A DNA stretch of 16,504 bases from a virus (taxonomy: Duplodnaviria > Heunggongvirae > Uroviricota > Caudoviricetes). Location: the IMG/VR virus record IMGVR_UViG_2778261083_000002. One strand, given 5' to 3'. The number at the start of each line of letters is the position of its first letter. Position 1 is the first letter of the stretch. Position numbers and translations under genes: made by a program. Under the pieces are notes generated by a model that saw only the letters and a list, made by a program, of their open reading frames with translations, had not been told where the DNA came from and did no database searches. This document shows, one piece after another, positions 1 through 8,875 of this stretch.

Positions 1-330
1 GGCGTAAACCTTACGCCGGACCACCGTTCCGCCGACCAGACTCTGCAGATCTTCCGCCATCCCGGTGATCATGCCGTGCAGGTTAGAGACCGTCAGTGTC
101 GGACGGGCAGCACTGCCCTTGCCGTTCATCTCAAATCCACTCCCCTGAATGGGATAGGCCTGATACTGCCGACTCTGCCAGGTGACAGACTCACCTTTTT
201 CGTTCTGCTCATTACAGAAAAAGTAGCGATCCCCGCCTACCTCGGTCAGGTCGATTTCCCAGAGCACCACGCTGGCCGACTGCTCCGCACGAATGCATTC
301 ATTCAGCGTTTCCTGTTGTATGTCCTGCAT
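1..330 (-). CDS. L: Minor tail protein L (lambda gpL-like), N-terminal ~110 aa only; the 3' end lies beyond the window start
   Basis: Minus-strand translation from ATG at 330..328 reads [33 protein letters not shown]..., which closely matches my recollection of the lambda gpL N-terminus. The ATG overlaps the TGA stop of the upstream M gene by one base, and the frame is open to the window edge. Sits in the expected position after H and M. Confidence 0.88.
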   Translation of the reverse strand, partial: MQDIQQETLNECIRAEQSASVVLWEIDLTEVGGDRYFFCNEQNEKGESVTWQSRQYQAYPIQGSGFEMNGKGSAARPTLTVSNLHGMITGMAEDLQSLVGGTVVRRKVYA

Positions 331-668
331 CAGATCACCACTTCGTCAAACTGACACGAAAAATCGGTATAGGTGATATGTTCTGTCGCTGACCACGTTC
401 GACACACCACTCTGATTTTTCTGTTAATACCCGGCGGGCGCCAAAAAAAAGATTTATAGCCTTCATGCCGGGCTAAAAATTTTTCAAATGAATCACGTTC
501 ATTCGCCTCAACTTTGAAATCACAGGTGAAAACGCGCAGAGAATGATTAAGTCCATTTGGACTTCGTTGCTCATAACCATCGCCAAATCTTACAGTTTTT
601 ATCGATGGTTTATTTTCTGTTTTCATTCCATCCTCTGGTAACCAGTGAAATTCTTCCGTATTAGCCAC
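330..668 (-). CDS. M: Minor tail protein M (lambda gpM-like)
   Basis: ORF contains [23 protein letters not shown], matching the VRFGDGY region of lambda gpM as I recall it. Track start at 668 is a GTG overlapping the tape measure stop by 8 nt; an alternative ATG at 626..624 (MKTEN...) has a GAGGA ribosome-binding site. Start is ambiguous, stop is at 330. Confidence 0.85.
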
Positions 669-3600
669 TTAACATTCCCCCATCACGTCGCATATTTAAC
701 AGATTGCCCTGCACCCGCTGATCAACCATCCCCATAAGTGCTTTTATTGCCTGAGGGCCAATCTCTCCATTCTGGCCGTCATTTTGAATAGTGATTTGGT
801 ATACAGGGGCATAGGTAATATCTCCGCCTCCATTACCACTTTTACTATTAATAGCTCTGACACCAAGAGAACCATCGGAAGTTCGTGTTAATGGCATAAT
901 GGCTTCCGGTCCAGCCTCACCAAAAACACCAGCCCCTTTTGCAAAAGCAAAAAATTGCGGGGAATCATAAATACCGTTCGAATACGTGCTCAATGACGGA
1001 GACTCATAAACACCGCCCTTTGCATTCGGAATAAATTTACTAATAGCACTCCCGATAGTTCCTAAAATCCCCCCAGAAGAACTGTTACTAATGCTGTCGA
1101 AAATCCCAGTAATTGAAGCCTTTAATGCTATTCGACTAAGATCCGAAATCACGGAAGTAGCGAAAGAACGAAAATTTGCCTTGCCTGTCGTGACAAAATC
1201 ACCCAGCGCATCGGTCATCCCATCAAACATCTGAGTCGTGGTTGATTTTATCTGCTCACTGATATCCTTAGTGTCATCCAGCCAGTTATTGAATCCCTGG
1301 GAGGCACCACTAACCCAGTCTCCTGCCTGAATATCGAGCTGCTCGTTTTTCTGTCTGACAATTTCTTTTTCCCGTTCCAGAGCATCATTCAGAGCCTGCA
1401 TTTTCTCTTGAAAAACATGATCTGACATTCCACGGGATTTATCTGCATAGTCACGTTCAAGTTGCAGACGCTGATTGTTATATCCATGTTCAATCCGCAG
1501 TAATTCCTGCTGGCGTTGCTGATTTTTATCGCCAACCCCATAACCAGCAATCTGAATATCATACCCCTGCTGACGATTATCAATCGAAGCCTGCAATGAA
1601 TCACGCCATGCTGTTATTTCGGCGGATTCCTTGATTAGCCTGTTATTTTTTTCAATCGCAACATTTTTCTCCATCAACGTGGTTATTTCTTCCCGGTGTA
1701 AGAGAAGCGATTTCTGATCCTGGGTTAATTTCGATGATGGTCGTGACTCTAGGTCGGCAATCCGCTGACGCCACTTAACCAGTTCCTGTTCAGAGGAACT
1801 TAATTTAACGGTCAACTCAGCTTGTGAACTTAGTAACGCATTCTGTTGATTCAGATGATCAATCATTCGTTGGGCTGCATCATCAGAATAATCTTTCGCC
1901 TTTGGTTGCTTTGGATCTTTATAACGCTCATTTATTTGAGCGATAAGATTATTATATTCTTCCTTTGAATACTGATTCTTTAGCTTTTCCAGTTTTGCAA
2001 GTTCACTAGCTCTCTGCTGCTCCCGGGTCTGATATTGTTTTGAAAAGGCATCTGCTCTCTGTCTGAGTTCAATTCCTTCCTGTTGTCGCTTGTTGTAATC
2101 GTTTATTGATGAATTTAGTACGTCCTGAGCAATTTTTTCTGCTTGAAGTACGCCCAATTGCTGCTTTAATCGTGCCAGCCTTTTATTTTGAGCTCCGCCA
2201 TCTCCAATGCCACCTAACCCGAAAACTCCGGATCGGGTATTTTTTTCTATTTCATCAATTTGACGGAGAACATCTGAGATTTTTTGATCAAGGGAGGCCT
2301 CACGGCCAATATCCAGCATGGAATCCCATGCCCATTTTGCGGAGTCTGCGACAGCTTTCCATGCAGTCTCAAGATAACCAAGATTTTCTTTAATCTGGTT
2401 GGTGCGCTGGATCATTGAGGATGAGTATTCTTCTGTCGCAATGCGGGCGGCCTCCTGCTGGTTCCCTTCATCCTGTAGCGCCTTAATCTGGTTATAAGTC
2501 GCAAGTGTCAGAAAATGGTACTGATCATTAAGTTTTGATATGGCACTGACAGGATCCTTTGCAATTTCATTGAAGTCATTAACCAGTTGTTCGGTTGATA
2601 TTCCTGTTACTTCGCTCGTTTTTACTATCGCTGTCGTCACTTGCTCCAGCGAACTGCTCGCTACCTTTCCCGAACGCACAAGCTGATTTAATACTGCCGC
2701 CGCAGCACCAGTTGTCGAATCAGCCGCATTCCCGGCACGTTGAGCTAAATCGCCCAATTGCCCGCTGGTTGTCCCCAACTGATTTCCGGTAAGAATAAGA
2801 GATTTATTAAATTCGTCCTGCTCCTGAGAGCCTTTATAGTAAGCCAGTCCTAAGACCCCAACGGCTGCTGCGGCCAGGGTAAAAGGATTAATTAATCCCA
2901 GCACATAAGAACCTACCCCTTTGATCGCCGGGCCAATCCCACCGAACATATCTTTTAGCTGGCCGCCCTGCTGCATTAACACCATAAATGGCGACTGACC
3001 AGTGGACAACCCAACAACAATATCCGTCATTTGTGCAGGCAACATGCGCATAGCAAAAGCCGTTTGTTTTGCCGACATTCCGGTTTTGCTTAATTGTGAT
3101 TGAGTAACCTCAAGCTCACTCCGCATAGCACGAAGTTTTCCAGAAAGCTCCTCATACATTTCAGGAGAAAGCATCCCCTTAGCTTTTGCTTCATTGAGCT
3201 GTTTCTGTTGTTCTACCAGACGATTAAAAGCAGTTCCGACAGGATCAAGTTGAGCAATCAGACGTTGCAAAGCAACAACCTGTTCATCATGCGCTTTTGC
3301 TGCTTCTCGCTCTGCCTGAGCCTCTCCGGTAAGCTCTCGCCGTGTTTCCTGTATTTTTCGGCTATAATTCTCAAACTGAGAACCATTTATTTTCCCGGAT
3401 GCAAACGCAGCATTAAGTTCATCATGCTGTTGTTCAAGATTTCTTAGCGCCGCAGCCAGAGGGTCGATCTTGTCCAGCATTCTTTGAAAGGCCTGAGCCT
3501 GCGCTTCCTGCTGGGCGGCAGCAAGTTTTCCGGCCTTCTCGGCTTCTCTCTGCGCTTGCGCAACCCCGCTCAATTCCTCTGTGGTTTCATTAAGTTTACG

Positions 3601-3894
3601 GACAAGAAATTCATATTCTTCTTTATCAATAAGCCCTTTATCGAAAAATTTCTTTAATTCAGAATAGCGTCGACCGACAGTATCAATTGCGGCACCAACT
3701 GGATCAATAGCTGCTTTTAATTTTGCGAGCGCGTTCTTCTCATCTTCTGTTGCCTTAGTCACTTTCCCTGCGCTATTTGCAGCAGTTTCCCCAGCCTGCG
3801 TCATTTTGACTAATGAGGAGGTCAGATTGTCAGCATTATTTTTCGCTCCAGTGCTATCAATAATTATTGCGAGACGCGAGGTTTGCTCTGCCAT
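661..3894 (-). CDS. Tail tape measure protein (1077 aa)
   Basis: Long alpha-helical, Ala/Gln/Glu-rich protein with three tandem internal repeats (IDP.G.A...RK..ET..EL.G.AQA.REA.KA), a hydrophobic Gly-rich segment, and a C-terminal region resembling the lambda gpH C-terminus ([17 protein letters not shown]). AGGAG ribosome-binding site 8 nt upstream of ATG 3894. Sits between the G/GT chaperones and M. Confidence 0.9.
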
Positions 3895-3910
3895 TTATTA
3901 AAACTCCTGA

Positions 3911-3941
3911 CAACAAAAAACCCACCGCGAAGTGGGTTTCA
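3911..3941 (-). terminator. Intrinsic terminator-like hairpin between the tail chaperone and tape measure genes
   Basis: On the minus strand: stem AAACCCAC / GTGGGTTT (plus 3918-3925 and 3932-3939) with a 6-nt loop, followed by a U-rich run (UUUUUUGUUGUC). Lies within the 165-bp untranslated spacer 3895-4059, just upstream of the tape measure ribosome-binding site. Confidence 0.55.
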
Positions 3942-4059
3942 GGCGACATAATAGTAGATATAGCGATTACGAGGCCACGCAATGCTTTTCTCCAGGAGCA
4001 TCATCGATTTAATTAAAGACACCATCACATCTCTGTAACAGAGTGTACGTAATTAACAA

Positions 4060-4829
4060 CTACACACACTGCTCCTGAAAATACTGGTCATCCAGTGCAA
4101 AGATCACTGCTTCAAATTCATCGCGCTCAATCAATACCGGATGAGTGGCTAAATATTCATTTATCTCTGTCAGAGATAAAGGCAAAGGCACCCCAGCCAT
4201 TCCAGCATAACGTCGGGCACGGGATATTACCGAATAGGCGTACAACAACTCCTTAAGCACCGGGTCTATTTCTGGTTCCGGTATCGGTGGCAACCTGAGT
4301 TTTTCTCGCTTCCATCTTGCCTTTTCCCCCCTTTCTCCCCCGAACTCCGATAACCACCGCTGGGCAGCTATGGCTTTTTTATCGTATCCTGCTTCTGCTG
4401 CTCTTTACCCTGGGCGATGCTGGCTGCTTCTGCAAGGATCTGCCAGTACAACTCTGGATTCTGCTTAAGCAGCGCGATCCCTCGTTCTGCCGTATATTCC
4501 AGTGCAACCTCAACACCATTAACCAGTTCACCAACCCCTTTCCAGTCTTTCAGCAGATAACGAGCGGCATTATCAATGAGTAAATCATCAACAGAATCCA
4601 CCTCGGAAACCTTTGAAATATCAAACTCCTTCGTTCCGACGTGCAAACTGGCATCCATTTTCTCAATGTGGCGACGGATTAATGCATTACGGGAGCGATA
4701 CTGATCGTTATCGCTGCTTGCCACCAACAGTTTTAACCCGTCTACAGGTTTTAAGTCCTTCATTGGCGTAAACCAGCGTTCTCCACCAATGATAATTTTC
4801 TGATTAAGAATAAACATCCATAACCTCAT
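4060..4829 (-). CDS. Tail assembly chaperone GT-like fusion product made by -1 programmed ribosomal frameshift
   Basis: The -1 frame downstream of the slippery site is open from 4374 to the stop at 4060 (...KKAIAAQRWLSEFGGERGEKARWKREKLRLPPIPEPEIDPVLKELL...). Same genomic position and logic as the lambda G/GT pair. Confidence 0.65.
4368..4829 (-). CDS. Tail assembly chaperone (lambda gpG-like), zero-frame product
   Basis: 153-aa ORF between major tail and tape measure genes, ending ...TIKKP with the slippery heptamer in its last codons. Alternative start ATG at 4817 (MFILNQ...) has a better GAGGT ribosome-binding site than the track start at 4829. Confidence 0.75.
   Translation of the reverse strand: MRLWMFILNQKIIIGGERWFTPMKDLKPVDGLKLLVASSDNDQYRSRNALIRRHIEKMDASLHVGTKEFDISKVSEVDSVDDLLIDNAARYLLKDWKGVGELVNGVEVALEYTAERGIALLKQNPELYWQILAEAASIAQGKEQQKQDTIKKP
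4374..4380 (-). other. -1 programmed ribosomal frameshift slippery heptamer A_AAA_AAG
   Basis: Minus-strand reading is ATA AAA AAG CCA TAG. The heptamer A AAA AAG is in the correct zero-frame register (X XXY YYZ) three codons before the G stop, and the -1 frame continues open into the T segment. Confidence 0.7.
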
Positions 4830-4877
4830 TCAATGCGTCCCCCTGTAGGGCAGTACCACAGGAGGAATAACGGAAAA

Positions 4878-5840
4878 TCAACTAATCGCCTCAGCACTGG
4901 CTTTTGCGATCACGGCAGCCGGGGAATTTTTTTTTCTGGTTATCGTAGGTGCTTCATCTGCTGCGGTAATGCTCAATTGAACCTGGATAATGTCGCTATT
5001 ACCCCCATCAGGCCATTCACCTGACACCTGAACCTTCGGGAAACTGAAAGTGTATGCCCCCTCTCCATTCGAAAGCGTGAAGCTGAACGGAACTGTTTCT
5101 CCAGTCAGTGTTTTACTCCAGATTTCCCACGCGGCTTTAGACCATGAAAGCGTCACCGTACCGGACGGTGTAAAAGTAGTCGGAATATTTGCTCCTGCAT
5201 AAGGCGAGCCAGTCCCGATACAACGCTGTGTCTGGAGTTTGTTATCGAACTGAATATCAAAACTGTCGATACAAAAACCGTTACCTCCGGCAACACCATT
5301 CAGGCTTACTGCTGAAACCTCCTTAAACGAATAACGTAGCTTTCCTGCACTATCCACAGGTTCGCCTTTGATAAAATTCGTATCATCGGCCTTTGATTCC
5401 CAGTCCAGTCCGGCAAAGGTTACGGTCGCTGTAATATCGCCGTCGTTAGGGATCTGCATTTTCCATGAGCCAACCTGCGCTCCTCTGACGACAGAGGCAA
5501 TTCCGACATCGGACGCATAGGTCGCCAGAGAAAATGTTATTCGCTCATTCCCCATTGTCAGAGAATCGCCTGACCATTCCGCGCCGAAACAGGATGCAAG
5601 AAAATCATCATGTTGACCCCAGCGAAATTTGGTACCAACATCACCGCCGACATCCACAGTGCCAGGCGTCGCCCCCTGAGCCATCCGGGAGCCACCAATC
5701 TCATTATTTTCGCCTTTATTCTGGGTGGGTTTTACTCCCCAGCTTGTGCGTTTTAATAAACTCCAGTCACCACTTGCTGGCGTAGTGCCTGCAACCGTCT
5801 CCCGGATAAATGCCGAGATAACCTTTGCACCTGAACTCAC
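4878..5840 (-). CDS. Major tail (tube) protein
   Basis: 320-aa ORF directly upstream of the chaperone genes. Likely GTG start at 5840 preceded by AGGAGG with 5-nt spacing. Position and size fit a siphovirus major tail protein; longer than lambda gpV (246 aa as I recall), so a C-terminal extension is possible. Confidence 0.75.
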   Translation of the reverse strand: MSSGAKVISAFIRETVAGTTPASGDWSLLKRTSWGVKPTQNKGENNEIGGSRMAQGATPGTVDVGGDVGTKFRWGQHDDFLASCFGAEWSGDSLTMGNERITFSLATYASDVGIASVVRGAQVGSWKMQIPNDGDITATVTFAGLDWESKADDTNFIKGEPVDSAGKLRYSFKEVSAVSLNGVAGGNGFCIDSFDIQFDNKLQTQRCIGTGSPYAGANIPTTFTPSGTVTLSWSKAAWEIWSKTLTGETVPFSFTLSNGEGAYTFSFPKVQVSGEWPDGGNSDIIQVQLSITAADEAPTITRKKNSPAAVIAKASAEAIS

Positions 5841-5866
5841 AGGAGCCTCCTATGTCATTAATTGCG

Positions 5867-6259
5867 CTAGAGCGCGCGATATGGAATTTGAAGATTAAGC
5901 TGGAACCAGCCATTCTTTTCGCCAACGGCTATTGAGGAAACAGCCTGGTAACTGAGACGATCGTCATCCTGAAACTCAAACAGTTCCCGCAATTTATCGG
6001 CTGTCTCAGTAATGAGTTTTGAACCAGAACCTGCGGGGACAAATAACTGAATAATGATTATCCCCGTGCGATAAACAATCGGCCCCGCGCCAATTTCATT
6101 AACTCCAGCCTGCCCGGGAATATTACTTAACCGCGCCCAGATTAACTTACCGGAAGGATCGAACGTTGGCGCGTTCGGATACAATACGTCTTTTCCATCA
6201 ATAATCATCTGTGCCGTCATTCTGGAAATAACCGTATTTCTGATTTCAGTAAACGTCAT
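5867..6259 (-). CDS. Tail terminator / tail completion protein (lambda gpU position)
   Basis: 130-aa ORF immediately upstream of the major tail gene. Its ATG overlaps the TGA of the preceding gene (ATGA). Function is inferred from gene order only; I did not recognise the sequence. Confidence 0.55.
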   Translation of the reverse strand: MTFTEIRNTVISRMTAQMIIDGKDVLYPNAPTFDPSGKLIWARLSNIPGQAGVNEIGAGPIVYRTGIIIIQLFVPAGSGSKLITETADKLRELFEFQDDDRLSYQAVSSIAVGEKNGWFQLNLQIPYRAL

Positions 6260-6636
6260 TTGTAAGCCTGTAAAACACCATGAAAAGCGTTGGCATACAC
6301 GCCAGTTGGCGCTTGTTGTGAATGACCGTTTTCAAGAGCCTCTGCATAAGGAAGGTTATTCTGGATATAAATAACTCCGTAATTTGCAGCTTTCGAAATA
6401 ACCCCGATCCCACGCTGAACAGCAATCGTACCGTTCGGATCCACGTTATCAGATATACCAAAATCGGGATGCTGTAACGACACCAGGTTGTTATTTCTGA
6501 AACGTCCGGTATCAACCGGAGCAGCAATATCAATAGCAGTAAGAATCTGAATAGCGATGTAGCGAATCTTCAGCCCTACATCTTCCTCAATCATCCCGGC
6601 AAATATTGACGGTTCTATATCCCATGCCTTTGCCAT
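6256..6636 (-). CDS. HK97 gp10-like tail-component / neck protein
   Basis: 126-aa ORF containing APVDTGRFRNN, which resembles the VDTGRLR signature I associate with the HK97 gp10 family. AAGGAG ribosome-binding site 7 nt upstream of ATG 6636. Confidence 0.65.
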   Translation of the reverse strand: MAKAWDIEPSIFAGMIEEDVGLKIRYIAIQILTAIDIAAPVDTGRFRNNNLVSLQHPDFGISDNVDPNGTIAVQRGIGVISKAANYGVIYIQNNLPYAEALENGHSQQAPTGVYANAFHGVLQAYK

Positions 6637-7020
6637 TTACGCTCTCCTTAACTGGATAGAGTAAACTGATGCGGAAGGATCTACACTTGCTGTAATTACC
6701 TCGTATCGTTGTAACTGCCTTGATACAGGATCATAAATCTCAATAATATGGTCGACAGCTGGTTTATCCGTAACCTCGCATACCAGAGCGGTTAATTTAA
6801 GGTCACCATGCAAAATATTAATCCCATCAATTCTGCCCAGCTTATAACGTGTCAACACGCCTCGCCCGGTATAGATTGCGGTGGATTCGCCGCCAGTTTC
6901 CGTCACAGGATCCCAGTGCCGGTGCGTAACGTAAGAACCAGAAAAATCACTCACGGCGTCCGCTAAATCCTCATCAAAAGCAGCGGCAACCTCTGACTGA
7001 ATCTCTTCACGAAGCCCCAT
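6637..7020 (-). CDS. Head closure / head-tail joining protein (putative)
   Basis: 127-aa ORF in the connector gene block. Its ATG overlaps the TAA of the upstream gene (TAATG). Function is inferred from position. Confidence 0.5.
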   Translation of the reverse strand: MGLREEIQSEVAAAFDEDLADAVSDFSGSYVTHRHWDPVTETGGESTAIYTGRGVLTRYKLGRIDGINILHGDLKLTALVCEVTDKPAVDHIIEIYDPVSRQLQRYEVITASVDPSASVYSIQLRRA

Positions 7021-7415
7021 TATCCCCCCCTCACAACCCTGACTTGTGAGCGACTAAGTCCGTACGGTTTCAGCAGTGCTATCGCAAGCTGTAAATCGGG
7101 TTCAAGCAATGCAGTGCTGTTTGCTGGCAACTCAGAAAATGATTTCGATACACTGACCCCGTCAGCCGACACGGCTTTACTGATAACAACGCCAGAATCA
7201 TTTTTCTGCTGAAACAACTTACCGAATGAGGCAATTCTGGCTGCATATGCTCCCGCAAGTTTTACCTCTTCCGGAATACGGGATGGGTTAATTTTCAGGT
7301 TGAAGCCATTAAGCCAGGCATTAGCCATTAAAACAGCTTTATTTTTAGCGTTCTCACTCGTCCAGGCGTTCCCAAACGCATTATCAACGTCATCACAGGT
7401 CACGTAAGTGATCAT
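7020..7415 (-). CDS. Head-tail adaptor / connector protein (putative)
   Basis: 131-aa ORF. ATG 7415..7413 is preceded by CAGGAG with 6-nt spacing. Position downstream of the capsid gene fits an adaptor. Function inferred from position. Confidence 0.5.
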   Translation of the reverse strand: MITYVTCDDVDNAFGNAWTSENAKNKAVLMANAWLNGFNLKINPSRIPEEVKLAGAYAARIASFGKLFQQKNDSGVVISKAVSADGVSVSKSFSELPANSTALLEPDLQLAIALLKPYGLSRSQVRVVRGG

Positions 7416-7418
7416 GTG

Positions 7419-7595
7419 TTACTCCTGAGTTTTCCAGCCCATAGCCTTCCAGTTGTCAACTTCATCAGGATGAACATTAGCGATAGTTGGTGCGCCGGGA
7501 AACATCTGATAATCGGTCACCATAACCACTAACTCAATTTGCGTTTTTTGTGCGGCTTCACGCTGTGCTCTTTGCTCTTTAGTTAATCCGGCCAT
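7419..7595 (-). CDS. Small hypothetical protein (58 aa) missing from the ORF track
   Basis: Minus-strand ATG 7595..7593 to TAA 7421..7419 translates to MAGLTKEQRAQREAAQKTQIELVVMVTDYQMFPGAPTIANVHPDEVDNWKAMGWKTQE. It fills the otherwise empty gap between the capsid terminator and the adaptor gene, and its last codons carry the next gene's ribosome-binding site. Too short for the track threshold. Confidence 0.5.
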   Translation of the reverse strand: MAGLTKEQRAQREAAQKTQIELVVMVTDYQMFPGAPTIANVHPDEVDNWKAMGWKTQE

Positions 7596-7602
7596 ATGCC
7601 CC

Positions 7603-7627
7603 CCATTAAAAATGGGGCCGAAGCCCC
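7603..7627 (-). terminator. Intrinsic terminator downstream of the major capsid gene
   Basis: Minus strand: GGGGC UUCG GCCCC (plus 7614-7618, loop 7619-7622, 7623-7627) followed by AUUUUUAAU. A GC-rich stem with a UUCG tetraloop and U-tract, 11 nt after the capsid stop. Confidence 0.65.
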
Positions 7628-7637
7628 GTTTGAATGT

Positions 7638-8777
7638 TTAACCAAGAATCAGACAACCATGTGCCGGCTTCACTGATGAAACACCCCATGCCAGTCCAAC
7701 TTCATAGCGCACCTGGCGATACTGACGATACAGTGCAATCTGGAACGTAATCCCTGAAATCGGGTCCGTAACATTCATTACATCATCAGCATTATCGCCA
7801 CCTTCCGGCATTGCCGGAGTACGGGATGCCAGCAGAAACGCGTTGCGATCAAACGCCATATTTGCCGTAAAGGCCCCAACAACTGTGATGGCAGTATCAT
7901 CGGCCAGATCCTGACGCAGTCCGGGCGCTGCAAGAGTAATCAGATTGCTGGTCGCTGCTGCCACAACATACTGATTCGGATCACCAGCGAACGTAACAAT
8001 CTGACCTGCAGAAATACTCCCCGAACCAGTATCAATGGAAATAAGAACATCGCCTTCTTTTTTCTCTCCATTCACGAGATAACCAGTTGCAGCAACCTTT
8101 GGCGCTCGTTTCACACCTGCCGAACTGTGAATATTGAATCCCTCCAGACGCCCCAACACGCCCTCACGCAGTAGCTGTTCAGTGCCGGATTCATTCACTT
8201 TAAACAATACAGACTGTTTTCCGCGCAAATTAGCAATGGCAGTGGAGCCAAGCACCATCTGCAGATCGGTTGTCGGTGCGCCGTTATCCTCCAGAACCTG
8301 ACGAGCCAGAGCAGCATCAGAAAGATCATCTTTAACACCAAACGGCGTTGTCCCTGCGGTTCCCACGGCGCGGGAAGCACCGAAATACAACGCACCAAGA
8401 TCAGCCTCAACCTCGTTTGCAAGGGCGCGAAAAGCCTGCTTGAACTGATCAGCCAGAATGGTGTTGTAAGTCCCTGAAGGGCCAAGAGCCAGTTGTTCTT
8501 CACCATTCCATTTAACCGGTGCCATTTTGGATTTAGTAATTTTTACATCAACAGTGCCAATATTTTGATCACCGGTATTCGGAGCTGACGGCCCCGGTAC
8601 GATATCTTCGGTTTTCGCCTCAGGCGCAACTGGCGCGGTTACCGTCTGATCTTTTGCTGCGGCGTCAGCTTTTACGTTTTTTGCTACCGCAGGGATAAAA
8701 CCTACCTGCTCACGGGATACAACATCCAGGGCGGTATAAATAGTCGGGATCAACCCGGTCAGGGTATTTCCAGCCAT
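7638..8777 (-). CDS. Major capsid (coat) protein
   Basis: About 380 aa, located between the scaffold and connector genes and followed by a strong terminator. Most likely start is ATG 8777..8775 (MAGNTLTGLIPTIYT...) with AAGGAA ribosome-binding site; the track start at 8870 would overlap the scaffold gene and lacks one. Family not identified. Confidence 0.75.
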   Translation of the reverse strand: MAGNTLTGLIPTIYTALDVVSREQVGFIPAVAKNVKADAAAKDQTVTAPVAPEAKTEDIVPGPSAPNTGDQNIGTVDVKITKSKMAPVKWNGEEQLALGPSGTYNTILADQFKQAFRALANEVEADLGALYFGASRAVGTAGTTPFGVKDDLSDAALARQVLEDNGAPTTDLQMVLGSTAIANLRGKQSVLFKVNESGTEQLLREGVLGRLEGFNIHSSAGVKRAPKVAATGYLVNGEKKEGDVLISIDTGSGSISAGQIVTFAGDPNQYVVAAATSNLITLAAPGLRQDLADDTAITVVGAFTANMAFDRNAFLLASRTPAMPEGGDNADDVMNVTDPISGITFQIALYRQYRQVRYEVGLAWGVSSVKPAHGCLILG

Positions 8778-8875
8778 AATTAAATATTCCTTAAAAATTT
8801 GCGTAATTGTGAATAGATGGAGTAATGAGCTATCCAGCCCTGACACCAGCTCCCATCCGGAAGCTGACAAATGTG

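Noticed and set aside
76-354. Plus-strand 92-aa ORF
   Set aside because: Lies antisense to the clearly lambda L-like coding sequence and has no ribosome-binding site or recognisable product. Treated as a spurious shadow ORF.
1389-1604. Minus-strand 71-aa ORF nested in the tape measure gene
   Set aside because: Alternate frame inside a well-supported long gene. No independent signals.
2106-3447. Plus-strand ORFs 2106-2393, 2595-2792 and 3100-3447
   Set aside because: All fall antisense within the tape measure gene. Their low-complexity translations are typical of the reverse strand of a repeat-rich gene.
4317-4583. Plus-strand 88-aa ORF across the G/T frameshift region
   Set aside because: Antisense to the chaperone genes. 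The region is already explained by the G and GT frames.
4927-4935. A9 homopolymer tract near the 3' end of the major tail gene as a possible second programmed frameshift site
   Set aside because: I translated both shifted frames: -1 gives KKKFPGCRDRKSQC-stop and +1 gives KKIPRLP-stop, neither producing an extended domain. Probably just a slippage-prone tract, not a programmed shift.
6246-6533. Minus-strand 95-aa ORF overlapping the HK97 gp10-like gene
   Set aside because: Out-of-frame overlap with a gene that has a strong ribosome-binding site and a conserved motif. The translation is hydrophobic junk.
8779-8875. Possible hairpin (CAGCT ... AGCTG) in the scaffold-capsid intergenic region as a terminator
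   Set aside because: The stem is short with a 10-nt loop and no U-tract follows. Insufficient evidence for a terminator.
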